Shown here piece by piece: positions 48,862 through 61,284 of a stretch of 64,000 nt of DNA. The stretch spans positions 15,316,001 to 15,380,000 of the forward strand of contig NC_086109.1 of assembly GCF_963921235.1 (NCBI RefSeq), read 5' to 3'. The number at the start of each line of letters is the position of its first letter. The stretch's first letter is position 1. The notes beneath the pieces were generated by a model. The model saw only the letters and a list, made by a program, of their open reading frames with translations, did no database searches and had not been told where the DNA came from. A program made the translations under genes and the position numbers. Source of the stretch: Mobula hypostoma. Taxonomy: Eukaryota.

Positions 48862-49259
48862 AAGTGGGTGGGGGAGAGGAGATGAAGTGAGAAGCTGGGA
48901 GGTGATAGCTGGAAAAACTAAAGGGCTGAAGAAGAAGGAATCTGATAGGAGAGAAAATCATGGGTGGAAGAGAAGGAGGAGAGGCACCAGAAGGAGGCAA
49001 TGGACAGGTGAAGAAAAGAGAAGGGGAATCAGAAGGTAGAAAATAGAACAGTGAAGCTCTGTTATAGGTCCTTTAGCCCAAAATATCTGTGCTGAACACA
49101 ATAGATTACACTAAATCTTTTTTGCGTTTGCATTATCCTCATCCATCCAATCCCCAAGTACTTATGCGTCTATAGAGTAGCCTCTTAAATGCCTCTATCA
49201 CACCTTCTTCCACCAGTACTTCTGGCAGCCTGAATTTTTTTGGATTGTTTCAATGTTTT

Positions 49260-50885
49260 GATTTAGGGAAGGAGAGTAAGATTTTTCTGAGAGTCTGAGG
49301 CTAAACAGCAGTGAGATCATGGACCATATATGGATTACCGAGGAGGAAGCACTTGCTGCCTTGAGATAATTCCCCAGGGCATGACAGGGTAACTCTTGGA
49401 GATTGTCGGAGGCTGGTGCAGAAATTGCAGGGGCCTTAGCAGAGATATTTAAAACACCCTTAGCCATGGGTAGAGTGCTGGAGGAATGGAGGATAGCTGA
49501 TGTTGTTTCGTTGTTTAAGGCTCTAAGAATAAGCCAGGACAATTTAGGCCAGTCAGTATGATGTCATATTGAGTAAATTATTGGAAGGTATTCTCAGGGA
49601 CTGGATATATAAATATTTGGATAGACAGAGCCTGATTAGTCAACGTGGCTCTCTGGTAGGTCATGTAGGTTTTCACAAATAAAACAGTAGAGGCATTTAA
49701 AGTTTAAGAGAAACCTTGACAACTCCTTAATTGCTCTTCAAACATTGAACATAAAGAGTGGTTAAAAAAAAACTTCACGTCATTATGTCATCACGTCAGA
49801 CCAGCCTCTTAAAGGGAACCCCAACTCAATGTTGGTGGTTGTGAATTATGCATATGTTTCCGCCCATTACGTTGCCCTACAGTCATAACCAACTAATTTT
49901 ATTGAGTTTTCGAGGAGTTTACCAGGAAATTTGATGGAAGAAAGGCAGTAGATGGTGTCTATATGGACTTTAGCAAGGCCTTTGACAAGGCCCCGCATGG
50001 ATTCAACATTGGATTTGTGGGAGAAACAAATTGGAGTGTGATAGTAGATGCTTGTTTCTCTGATTGGAGGCATGTGGTGTGCCACAGGGATCAGTGTTGG
50101 GTCTGTCGTTGTTTGTCATAATTCAGTTAGGACTTTATTCCCTGGAGTGTAGGAGAATTAGCAAGGATGTAATGTTGAGACTTTATAAAGCACTGGGGAG
50201 GCCTCACTTGGAGTATTGTGAGCAGTTTTGGGCCCCTCATCTTAGAAAGGATGTGCTGAAACCAGAGAGGGTTCACAGGTGGTTCATGAAAATTATTCCA
50301 AGATTGAATGGCTTGTAATAGGAGGAGCATTTGATGGCTCTGGATCTGTCTTCACTAGAATTCAGAAGAATGAAGGGTGACCTAATTAAAGCCTATCGAA
50401 TGGTGAGTGGACGTGGAGAGGTTGCTTCCTGTGGTGGGACAGACGAGGACCAGAGGACACAGTCTCAGAATAGAAGGTGTCCTTTTAGAAGAGAGATGAA
50501 GAGGAATTTTTTTTAGCAAAGGAGTGGTGAATCCGTGGAATTCATTGCCACGGGCAGCTATGGAGGCCAGGTCTTTATGCATATTTAAGGCAGAGGTTGA
50601 TAGATTTGTGATTGGTCAAGGCTTGAAGGGTTACAGGGGAAAGGCTGGAGATTCGGGCTGAGAGGAATAATGGATCAGCCATGACGAAATGGCAGAGCAG
50701 ACTTGATGGGCCAAATGGCTTAATTCTGCTCCTAGATCTTATGGTCTTACAAGTAATTTTACAGGAGGGATATGGAGTGCTATGGTTCAGGTGCGGGCAG
50801 ATTTGACTAGGCAGAATAACAGTTCAGCATGGACCAGGTGGGTCGGAGTGGCTGTTTCTGTGCGGTACTGTTCTATGACTCTAAG
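49260..50885 (+). mobile_element. Nested and rearranged CR1 fragments
   Basis: EEWRIADVVSLFK; VYMDFSKAFDK; GVPQGSVLG; RPHLEYCEQFWAP; two CR1 3' UTRs ending ~50748 and ~50882. Confidence 0.9.
49664..49881. mobile_element. Solo LTR (Gypsy-type)
   Basis: TGTAGG...CCTACA termini; perfect 4-bp TSD GTCA. Confidence 0.88.
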
Positions 50886-51354
50886 TAATTGATTAAAGAA
50901 TGACTTAATCTGAGGGTTTCCTGATTTTGCTCCCTCCAGTCACAGGGAAAATGGAAACAAACAAGTTGTTTTTGATATTGCTTTACTGTTGAGTCCAATT
51001 GGAAACTTGAAGAGTTTGAAAGATTATGGGTTCCTTTTACCCAAGGCCATTGTGTAGCACGTAAAGGCTGATCTGCCATGTACAGATTTTAAATAGACCT
51101 CTAGCGTACTCGTTTTGTAAAGCTGACAGCAAATGCACTTATGGCAGAGATCTATGTTCTTTGATCAATATTAACAAGAAAAGTATGTTAAATTACTGAC
51201 TTTGACATCAAACATTTGCAAAGCAGTTTGAATTAACATGTACTGTAAGTGGGCAAGCTTCATTGCCCAAGTGCAAAATCAACAAGGATTCTAGTGGGAT
51301 TACTGAACCAGAATTCACTTAACCTAGAGCATAATCCAAGGCACAAGATTCCAA

Positions 51355-51543
51355 GCACAAGGCATCCTGCAGATGCTGGAAATCCGGAGTAATGCACACA
51401 AGATACTGGAGGAACTTAACAAGTCAAGCTTCGATGGAGAGGTATAAAGAGTCGACATTATGGGCAGAGACAAGGATCTCTTTATTCCCCTCCATAGATG
51501 CAGCCTCAATTACAGAGCTGCTCTAGCATTCTGTGTTTGCTCC
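51355..51543. mobile_element. Palindromic Penelope-terminus mini-element
   Basis: Minus-strand terminus to ~51470, then plus-strand terminus CTCTTTATTCCCCTCCATAGATGC...AGCATTCTGTGT. Confidence 0.7.
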
Positions 51544-51571
51544 CATGGTTGTGTTCTATTGACTGACATCA

Positions 51572-51878
51572 GGCGCCGTGGTAGAGTAGCGGTTAGCACA
51601 ACACTATTACTGCTCAGAACATCAGAGTTTGCAGTTCAATTCTCGTGCCGCTTGTAAGGACTCTCTGAATACCTTCCCCGTGGAATGTGTGGGTTTTCTC
51701 CGGGTGCTCTGGTTTCCTCTCACAGTCCAAAGACGGGACAGGTAGGTTAATTGGTCAGTTTAAGTTGTCCCACCATTAGGCCAGGGTTAAATTGGAGTTG
51801 TCAGGGGTTACTGGGGTGGCATAGCTCGAAGGGCAGAAGGGCCTACTCTGCACTGTATTGCTAAATAAATAAATAATA
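51572..51878 (+). mobile_element. V-SINE (further copies 28828-28990, 37735-38025 -, 52493-52738, 56837-56998)
   Basis: tRNA-like head, V core, TAAA tail. Confidence 0.8.
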
Positions 51879-52774
51879 ATGTTAGCATCAAAGAGTCATA
51901 AATCACCAAAGCATTACAGTTGGTGCAATTTTTGTGAATGCCAATGGTATGTGTTGAGGCCAGGAATAGTGTTGTGTGGCCTCATTCGCCCTGCATGCTC
52001 TTTACTGATGCTCTGCAAGCTGTCGTCCCCACTGGAAGCAGGGATGTGTGGGCACAATTGGCCGTTACTACCTGCTACATCTCTATATCAACTGTCTTCC
52101 TCATTCTCACCGCCTGGGCTGACAAAGCAAAACAAGAAAGGATTTGCACTATTTAAAAATATTTCTTTACCTCAGAATGCCCCAAAGTGGCCATAAAGTA
52201 CTTCTGAAGCATTGTCACTGACACAAACGATAACCAGTTAAACCAAGCTGTCAGTGCTTGTGTAATTGCATCAGTGTCTCTGCAGGGCAGAGGATAGAAG
52301 AAGGATCATTTCCTACATTTCCTTGTCTTTGCTTTGGTTAGCTCTACACTCAGCCATGCCATTACTCCCTTGATCAGTCCTCAGCAGGTTTCTGTACATT
52401 CAAACTCTGGCATTTCTGCTCCATTGCACCAAAGGTCAACTGATCATCATCTGGAACCTTAATCTTGAGATGACCCTATTCATCATCATCTAGGACAGCA
52501 CAGTAGCGAAACACTATTACAGTGCTGGCAGCCCAGTTTCAATCCCCATCGCTGCCTATAAGGAGCCTGTACATTCTCCTTGTGACCATGAGAGTTTTTT
52601 CTATCTCCAGGTTCCTCCCACGTTCCAAAGACTTGGGTTGACCAGATTAATTGGTCACATGGGTGTAATTGGGGGTACGGGCTCGTTGGGCCAGGAGAGC
52701 CTGTTAGCATGCTGTATCTCCAAATAAGTAAAATTAAACTATAACCTTCTGTCACTGATCTACATACAGGTTCC

Positions 52775-54160
52775 TAGTTCAAGATTCAGGATTTAAGACT
52801 GTCTATTGTCATTCCTCAGCACAAAAGTGTAAAGGAGAACAAAATGATTATTACTCTGGATCTGATACAGCAAAAAAAAACCCACAATAAGCACAAAGAA
52901 CAAATAAATATAAATACATGAGATTAGATTATGCACATAGACTGATTGTATGTGCAGAAGGGGGCACTAGGTACAGGAGTATCTGTGCAGAAGGTGACTC
53001 AGGCAGGAAATGATAAAGCAGTAGTGGTGGGTAGGTTAATTGTAAATTGTGCTGAGATGCTGCTCAGTCTGACGGCTTGGGGGAAGTACCTGCTTTTGAA
53101 TCTGCTGGTCCTTGAGTGATTGCTGCGTAGCCTCTTTCCTGATCAGAAAATCAAAATCAGGATTAACATCACTGCTACATGTCGTGAAATTTGTTATCTT
53201 TGCAGCAGTGGTACAATGCAGTACATAATAATAGAGAAAGAGAGGAACTGTGAATTACAGCAAAGACATATAATAGTTAAAATTAAATAAGTAATGCAAA
53301 AATAGAAATTAAAAAGTGGTTCATGGGTTCAATGTCCATTTAGAAATTGGAGGGCAGAGAGGAAGAAGGTGTTCCTAAATTGTTGAGTGTGTGCTTTCTG
53401 GCTTCTGTACCTCCTTCCTGAAGGTAGCAATGAGAACAAAGCATGATCTAGGTGATGGGGATCCTGATGCACTATCAATTACTCCAAAAGACTGGAAGTA
53501 GAGTAAATACTGAAAGACTTTTATTAACAGTAAATGGACCAACGTCCATGCTGAGTATCTGTCCTGGACTGAGGGAGGAGCAGTGGCATAATCGCCTTTA
53601 TTCAGGGGTCTGTGGGAGGAGCCACAGGAGCAGTCAGCAGAGGGGCGTGTCCAGACAGGTAACCCAGTTACAACATATATGTATATATATATGGTTTACC
53701 ACAGATCCTTCATGATGGATGGGGCTTTTTTGAGGCATTGCTCCTTGAAGATGTCCTGGATATTACAGATGCTGGTGTCCATGATGGAGCTGACTAAGTT
53801 TACAACTCTCTGCAGCTTATTTTGATCTTGTCCAGTATTTCACCCTCCATGCCAGACGGTGGTGCAGCCAGGTAGAATGATCTCCATGGTACATCTGTAG
53901 AAACTGGCCAGTGTTTCAGTTGACAAACCAAATCTCCTCAAACTCCTAATGAAATATAGCCGCTGTTGTGCCTTCTTTGTAGCTGCATTGATATGTTGGG
54001 TCCAGGATAGACCCTCAGAGACATTGACACCCAGTAACTTGAAACTGCTCACTCTTTCTACTTCTGATCCCTCTATGAGGTCTAGAGTGTGTTCCCACAT
54101 CTTACCCACATCAGTTCTTTGGTTTTAACGACATTGAGTGCAAGGTTGTTGCTGTGAGAA
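52775..54160 (-). mobile_element. Two Rex/Babar 3' fragments (52775-53145 and 53148-54160)
   Basis: VERVSSFKLLGVNVSEGLSWTQH...RLYFIRSLRRFG; two tails. Confidence 0.88.
53465..53703. mobile_element. Solo LTR
   Basis: TG...CA termini; perfect 5-bp TSD GATCC (53460-53464 / 53704-53708); AATAAA on the minus strand. Confidence 0.88.
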
Positions 54161-54847
54161 ACAATCCATGAGCAAGGTGGGTGGGAACCTTTATGATATT
54201 GCTGGCCTTTGTCTGGCCTCTTTCTCTACTGCCTAATACTGTTCAATACTGCCTTGAATTAACAATTTTCATTCTCCTGTGCTCTCCTTCCTTTCTGTGA
54301 CCTATTCTGCACTTCAGCCTTCCAATGATATGTGCTCTTACAGTTTTGGCTTTGAGTATTCTTGATTTTAAAACTCCACCAATAGCAGTTGACTCTTCAG
54401 CTGCCAAAGGACCATTCTGGATTATCTCCTCAAATTGAGGAGCATTATCAAATGTGATTGGGAGAGTATTTGGGCAGCCAGTTAATGCATTTCCAGCTCA
54501 CGTAGTCATGAAATGCTTAATCACACAGTCCATCGCCAGCAAAGCCCACCCCACCATTAAGCACATCTACAAGGAGCGCTGCCATAAGAAACCAGCATCC
54601 ATCATTGAGGACCCCCACCATTGCTTCTCACTGCTGCCATCAAGAAGGAGGTACAGGAGCCTTAGGTCTCACATCATCAAGTTCAGGAAGAGTTATTACC
54701 CTTCACCCATTACTCTCCTGAACCAGTGTCGATAACTTTACTCAGTTCAACTCTGAACTGATTCCACAACTTTCTAACTCGACTAACTTTTGAAGTCTGT
54801 ACAACTCATGTTCTCAGTATTATTTAGATATTTAAGTATTATTTCAG

Positions 54848-55397
54848 TGGGACCTCCCAGTGGGCACCCATTTTAATTCTACTTCCTATTTTCATTCCGA
54901 AATGTCTGTCTGTGGCCTCCTCCACTGTCATGATGAGGCCGCATTTAAGTTGGAGGAACAACACCTTATATTCCATTTGGGTTGCTTCCAACCTGATGGC
55001 ATGAACATCGATCTCTCAAACTTCTGGTAATGCCCCCCACTCCCCTTCACCATTTCCCATCCCCTTTTCCCTCTCTCCTCATCTCCTTGTCTGCCCATCG
55101 CCTCCCTCTGGTGCTCCTCCCCACTTTTCTTTCTTCCATGGCCTTCTTTTACCAATCAACTTCTTAGCTCTTTACTTTATTCCTCCTCCTTAAGATTTCA
55201 CCTATCACCTGGTGTTTCTCTCTACCACCCCCACCTTTTAAATCTATTCCTCACCTGTTTTTCCTCCAGTCCTGCTGAAGGGTCTCAGCCTGAAACGTCG
55301 ACTGTACTTTTTTCTATAGATGCTGCCTGGCCTGCTGAGTTCCTCCAGCATTGTGTGTGTGTTGCTTGGATTTCCAGCATCTGCGGATTTTCTCTTA
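54848..55397 (+). mobile_element. Penelope-like element 3' end: GIY-YIG C-terminal ORF plus pseudo-LTR
   Basis: 54848-55030 reads WDLPVGTHFNSTSYFHSEMSVCGLLHCHDEAAFKLEEQHLIFHLGCFQPDGMNIDLSNFW*. Confidence 0.85.
55267..55304 (+). ncRNA. Minimal type-I hammerhead ribozyme motif (A6C core variant)
   Basis: Stem I CAGTC/GACTG, core CTGCTGA, stem II AGG...CCT, GAAAC-GTC cleavage site. Confidence 0.6.
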
Positions 55398-56187
55398 TTT
55401 ATACACTTAGTTATTAGTTTTTTTAAATATTTGCACAGTTTGTTTGTCCCCTTTCGCACACTGGTTGTTTGTCCGTCTTTTTGTGCAGCTTTTCATTGAC
55501 TCCATTGTACGTCTTTGTTCTACTGTGAATGCCTGCAAGAAAATGGATCTCAAAGTAGTATCTGGTGACATATATGTATTTTAATAATAAATTTACTTCC
55601 AACTTTGAAATACTTATCAAATAATTTTGAGAGGGCTAAGTGTTGGCCAAATGACAATTATTGAAGTGGCAGATGGTTTAACCTCTCGTTCGAAAGACAA
55701 GGGGTAAATAATACAGGGCAGATATTTTTTATCACTTCGCCCAACTGCTGCATCAGCACCTTACTCAACAGGGATCAGCTAGCTCTGCGTCAGCAAGGCT
55801 GCCTGCTAAATCCGAACAGAGAAACAGAAAAATATTGAAGTTTTTAAATTAAAAGCTTCAGTAAACCGAATCAAATAGACTGTAATTGTAGGTTATTCGC
55901 CCATGGAATCAATGTAGCATACCATTCAAAACGTGGATTTCCTCCCTTGAATCCGCTTGGCTTTTATTGCTTGTGGAACCATGGTGTACAATATTCATGT
56001 ATCTCTGGAATAGGGGCAGATCTGTCACATTGACTTCAAATATCAATATTGTAAATGCACATGATGACTGCAATTAAATTTACCTTAAAGCAAGTCTGCA
56101 GATGGAATCAAATATTCTGTTCAAATTCTGCAATATGTGGCCTAATTACAAATACACACTTTGACGCAGAGGCTATATCTGTTGCTG

Positions 56188-56625
56188 TAAGACCACAAGA
56201 CATAGCAGCAGAATTAGGCCATTTGGCCCCTTGAGCCTGCATCACCATTTCATCATGGCTGATCCATTCCCTGCCAAACCCTATTCTTCTGCCTTCTCCC
56301 CTTAACCATTCACATCCTGACTAATCAAGAACCTATCACCCAATGACCTGGCCTCCACAGCCTGTGGTAATGAATTCCCCAGATTCTCCACCCTCTGGCT
56401 AAAGAAATTCCTCCTCATCTCTATTCTAATTGGACACCCCTCTATTCTGAGGCCGTGCCCTCTGGCTCTAGACTCCCACACCATAGGAAACATCCTCTCC
56501 ACATCCACTCTACATCCACTCTATCGAGGCCTTTCAACATTCGATAGGTTTCAATAAGATTGCCCCCGGCATTCTTCAAAATTCCAGTGAGTACAGGCCC
56601 AGAGCCGTCAAATACTCCTCATATG
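56188..56625 (-). mobile_element. CR1 3' fragment
   Basis: RARGHGLRIEGCPIRIEMRRNFFSQRVENL. Confidence 0.9.
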
Positions 56626-56739
56626 TTCAGATTCAATGAGACTTATAAAAATTGCATGAAGCCACTTTATTGTTAAAAAAGAAGGCCTATCTATCATAAC
56701 AAGTCAGGAACGGTACATTAAACCAATGATGTAAAGTGG

Positions 56740-56742
<3 letters not shown>

Positions 56743-56798
<56 letters not shown>
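56743..56798. repeat. (GT)n microsatellite
   Basis: Seen directly. Confidence 0.98.
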
Positions 56799-56801
<3 letters not shown>

Positions 56802-57424
56802 AAGTGTACAACACACGTTAATTCATCAGATCTTATGGTGCAGCACGGTAGTGTAGTGGTTAGCACACCACTTTACAGTACAGGCGATCGGGGTTCGATT
56901 CCCGCCACTGTCTGTAAGGAGTTTGTATGTTCTCCTTGTTACTGCATGGGTTTCCTCTGGGTCCTCCAATTTCTTCCCACAGTCCAAAGACTTACTGGTA
57001 GGGTTTGTAGGGTTGGGATTCCAGACCAGAAGGCTGGAGTCAAGAGGCGAGCTACTTGCTGAAGGCTCTCTTAACCAGCTAGCACAGTAGGATTGCTTGA
57101 TTGCATCTAGAGGTTGAAAATCAAACTGCATTCACGCGGATAACTGAGGTCAACTGTTGCACCGTTGACAACCAGCGTAGAATGAAGTTTGAATTCCAGA
57201 TACTCCTGTCTCTTAAACTTGCTAACTCGTTCTGTATGGTTGAAGATCAAAGTCTGGAGCTGGAGGTCTGAAGGTTGGATCTGTGAGTCAGGGCCAGTTG
57301 TTGTCTTGTTTTGTTCTGTTGCTGTTGTCCTTGCTGTTTGTGTTGAACATCGTGGGAACGCTATGCTGGCGCTGGAATGTGTGGTAACATTTGCAGGCTG
57401 CCCAGCAGCCCATCCTTAGGTTTT

Positions 57425-57815
57425 AATTGGTACATTTAAAGTCAGAGAAATCTATACAACATACTTTCTGAAATTCTTTTTCTTTGCAAACATCCACAAA
57501 AACTGAGGAGAGCCCGAAAGAATGAATGACAATTAAATGTTAGAACCCCAACTCCCCCTCCCATGCACAAACAGCAGCAAGGCAACAACCCCACCCTCAC
57601 CCCCACCAGCAAAAATTATCAGCACCCCCCACCAAGCACTCAAGTGTGCAGCAAAGCATCAATAAAGACAAAGGCTTGCAGTACCCCAAAGATTACTTGT
57701 TCACCCGGTAACTTGAGGCTCTCTCTTTTCCTATTAAGGGAAAAAGAGTTGTCCTCGTCTCACAGTGAGAGGGGAGACATAACAAACAGCTCGCTGATTT
57801 ATGATTTTAAAAGTC
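57425..57815 (-). mobile_element. Copy of the 460-925 retroposon nested in another retroposon tail (57240-57885)
   Basis: Shares GCACTCAA.TGTGCAGCAAAGCATCAATAAAGACA and CTCGCTGATTTATG with 680-862. Confidence 0.8.
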
Positions 57816-58197
57816 TGTTGGTTGTCAACGCAAATGATGCATTTCATTGCATGTTTCAATGTGGTATACAAACCTGAATCTGAATTTAAATTTGGCAGTA
57901 CTTCAAGTGTGTGGAAGGTGGTAGGGAAATTGGACCATGAAGGATTGTGACTAGACAAGAGTAGAGGATTGTATTCACATTCAGCTGTTGTGGTGAGCCT
58001 TATGCTTATACTTGGGCCTGAGGGAATCTCACAATTAGGTTGGAGGTGGAAGACTTGAGTGAGCAAAGGATAAGTAGATACGTTAAAGGGAACCCTTGGT
58101 CAAACAACAAAGGTAGTGCTATCAGCAGAACTACTTCTACTTAAGAGAAGGACTTGCCATGAAATAGGAGTCTCTGGTGCAACAGTGTGTCAAGGTC

Positions 58198-58402
58198 ACA
58201 CAGGATTCTGCAGATACTGGAAATCCTGTGCAACCTACACAAAATCCTGAAGGAACTCAGCAGATCAAGCAGCATCTAGGGAAATGAATAAGCAGTCGAT
58301 GTTTTGGGCTGAGACCCTTCATCAGGATTGGAAAAGAAGGGGGAAGAAGCCAGAATAAGAAGGTGGGGAAGGGAAAGAGTACAAGCTGGCAGGTGACAGA
58401 CG
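58198..58402 (-). mobile_element. Penelope-like terminus
   Basis: Reverse complement reads CAATC-CTGATGA-AGGGTCTCAGCCC-AAAAC-ATC-GACTG. Confidence 0.82.
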
Positions 58403-58802
58403 AAAGTTTACTTACTTTGAGCAGAGTGAGGTGCAGACATTAGAGCCCAGAAAGAATAGTTACTGCCTCTCAAGAGCCACTGTATGCTTTAATGCCATAG
58501 CGATTCCCAATCCTGTTCTGGGCTGTGCTCTGCATTCAGTAGTTGCCGTTCAAAGTTTCATTAACTTAATTATCATTAACTAAGCTCATAATGTGCCATT
58601 ATGAGATATATTAGTCAATTTCATCACCTTAATTGTTGGAGATAATTCCAGTTTAGTTTCAGTTTAAAATGTGACTACTCCCTCTGAATGAACATCTGCA
58701 GATAATCTTGGTGTGCAGGATTGGGATACTCTAGATTGTGAAAACTAAAATATTATGGAGAATAACATTTTTGATTGAGAAAATCCTTCTGTCAGGGTGA
58801 AG

Positions 58803-60941
58803 ATAGAAACATAGAAACATAGAAAATAGGTGCAGGAGTAGGCCATTCGGCCCTTCGAGCCTGCACCGCCATTTATTATGATCATGGCTGATCATCCAAC
58901 TCAGAACCCAGCCTTCCCTCCATACCCCCTGACCCCTGTAGCCACAAGGGCCATATCTAACTTCCTTTTAAACATAGCTAATGAACTGGCCTCAACAGTT
59001 TGCTGTGGCAGAGAATTCCACAGATTCACCACTCTCTGTGTGAAGAAGTTTTTCCTAACCTCGGTCCTAAAAGGCTTCCCCTCTATCCTCAAACTGTGAC
59101 CCCTCGTTCTAGACCTCCCCAACATCGGGAACAATCTTCCTGCATCTAGCCTGTCCAATCCCTTTAGGATCTTATACGTTTCAATCAGATCCCCCCTCAA
59201 TCTTCTAAATTCCAACGAGTACAAGCCCAGTTCATCCAGTCTTTCTTCATATGAAAGACCTGCCATCCCAGGAATCAATCTGGTGAACCTTCTTTGTACT
59301 CCCTCTATGGCAAAGATGTCTTTCCTCAGATTAGGGGACCAAAACTGCACACAATACTCCAGGTGTGGTCTCACCAAGGCCTTGTACAACTGCAGTAGTA
59401 CCTCCCTGCTCCTGTACTTGAATCCTCTCGCTATAAATTCCAGCATACCGTTCGCCTTTTTCACCGCCTGCTGTACCTGCATGCCCACTTTCAATGACTG
59501 GTGTATAATGACACCCAGGTCTCGTTGCACCTCCCCTTTTCCTAATCGGCCACCATTCAGATAATAATCTGTTTTCCTATTTTTGCCACCAAAGTGGATA
59601 ACTTCACATTTATCCACATTAAATTGCATCTGCCATGAGTTTGCCCACTCACCCAACCTATCCAAGTCACCCTGCATCCTCTTAGCATCCTCCTCACTGC
59701 TAACACTGCCACCCAGCTTCGTGTCATCCGCAAACTTGGAGATGCTGCATTTAATTCCCTCATCCAAGTCATTAATATATATTGTAAACAACTGGGGTCC
59801 CAGCACTGAGCCTTGCGGTACCCCACTAGTCACCGCCTGCCATTCTGAAAAGGTCCCGTTTATTCCCACTCTTTGCTTCCTGTCTGCTAACCAATTCTCC
59901 ACCCACACCAATACCTTACCCCCAATACCGTGTGCTTTAAGTTTGCACACTAATCTCCTGTGTGGGACCTTGTCAAAAGCCTTTTGAAAATCCAAATATA
60001 CCACATCCACTGGTTCTCCCCTATCCACTCTACTAGTTACATCCTCAAAAAATTCTATGAGATTCGTCAGACATGATTTTCCTTTCACAAATCCATGCTG
60101 ACTTTGTCCGATCATTTCACCGCTTTCCAAATGTGCTGTTATCACATCCTTGATAACTGACTCCAGCAGTTTCCCCACCACCGACGTTAGGCTAACCGGC
60201 CTATAATTCCCCGGTTTCTCTCTCCCTCCTTTTTTAAAAAGTGGGGTTACATTAGCCACCCTCCAATCCTCAGGAACTAGTCCAGAATCTAACGAGTTTT
60301 GAAAAATTATCACTAATGCATCCACTATTTCTTGGGCCACTTCCTTAAGCACTCTGGGATGCAGACCATCTGGCCCTGGGGATTTATCTGCCTTCAATCC
60401 CTTCAATTTACCTAACACCACTTCCCTACTAACATGTATTTCGCTCAGTTCCTCCATCTCACTGGACCCTCTGTCCCTTACTATTTCTGGAAGATTATTT
60501 ATGTCCTCCTTAGTGAAGACAGAACCAAAGTAATTATTCAATTGGTCTGCCATGTCCTTGCTCCCCATAATCAATTCACCTGTTTCTGTTTGCAGGGGAC
60601 CTACATTTGTCTTTATCAGTCTTTTCCTTTTTACATATCTATAAAAGCTTTTACAGTCCGTTTTTATGTTCTCTGCCAGTTTTCTCTCATAATCTTTTTT
60701 CCCCTTCCTAATTAAGCCCTTTGTCCTCCTCTGCTGAACTCTGAATTTCTCCTAGTCCTCAGGTGAGCCACTTTCTCTGGCTAATTTGTATGCTACTTCT
60801 TTGGAATTGATACTATCCCTAATTTCTCTTGTCAGCCACGGGTGCACTACCTTCCTTGATTTATTCTTTTGCCAAACTGGGATGAACAATTGTTGTAGTT
60901 CATCCATGCAACCTTTAAATGCCTGCCATTGCATATCCACC
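58803..60941 (-). mobile_element. Young 5'-truncated CR1 LINE with near-intact ORF2 RT (557-aa open frame 58901-60574)
   Basis: All RT motifs intact (NYRPVSLTS, YLDFQKAFD, GVPQGSVLGP, KFADD); (TTTCTATG)n tail; only one in-frame stop (60752-60754). Confidence 0.97.
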
Positions 60942-61284
60942 GATGTTGCTATGTGCACATGAACTCTACCACATACAGACTAACATACTTCCTCTTCGTC
61001 ATCATACTCCTTTCAGACATTTTCAGTGTCTTCTTCACAGCTGTCCCCATTAATTACCTTGCCCTCTTCCATAGATCCTTGCCATGCCACCTGCCCTTGG
61101 CCCCACAAGGCTTCATGCAGAAAATTGTTCTGTGGACTATCTGTCCAGTTGGTGATCAGTTGGTCACGCAAGTGTGGGTGGTGGGTTCTTTAGTGCAGAA
61201 TAGTTGACCTTTTTGAGGACCACCAAGTAGACCCACAACTAACTACTGGTACTTCAAGTGACTCTAAGACATGAAAGAGGTAGA

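Larger units (their letters stand above)
47860..49040 (-). mobile_element. Penelope-like terminus carrying two nested insertions
   Basis: CACACAAAATGCTGGAGGA|LTR|ACTCAGCAGG; GAGACCCTTCATCAGGACTGG; purine tract resumes at ~48862. Confidence 0.8.
54522..55608 (+). mobile_element. Rex/Babar 3' end split by a Penelope insertion
   Basis: HIYKERCHKKPASIIEDPHH..FSLLPSRRRYRSL; UTR resumes at ~55400. Confidence 0.8.

Noticed and set aside
48145..49039. Overlapping 222-aa and 177-aa ORFs
   Set aside because: They cross boundaries of unrelated nested repeats and show no recognisable domain.
58901..60574. 557-aa ORF as a host or domesticated gene
   Set aside because: Ordinary 5'-truncated CR1 ORF2 with its own 3' tail and an upstream in-frame stop.
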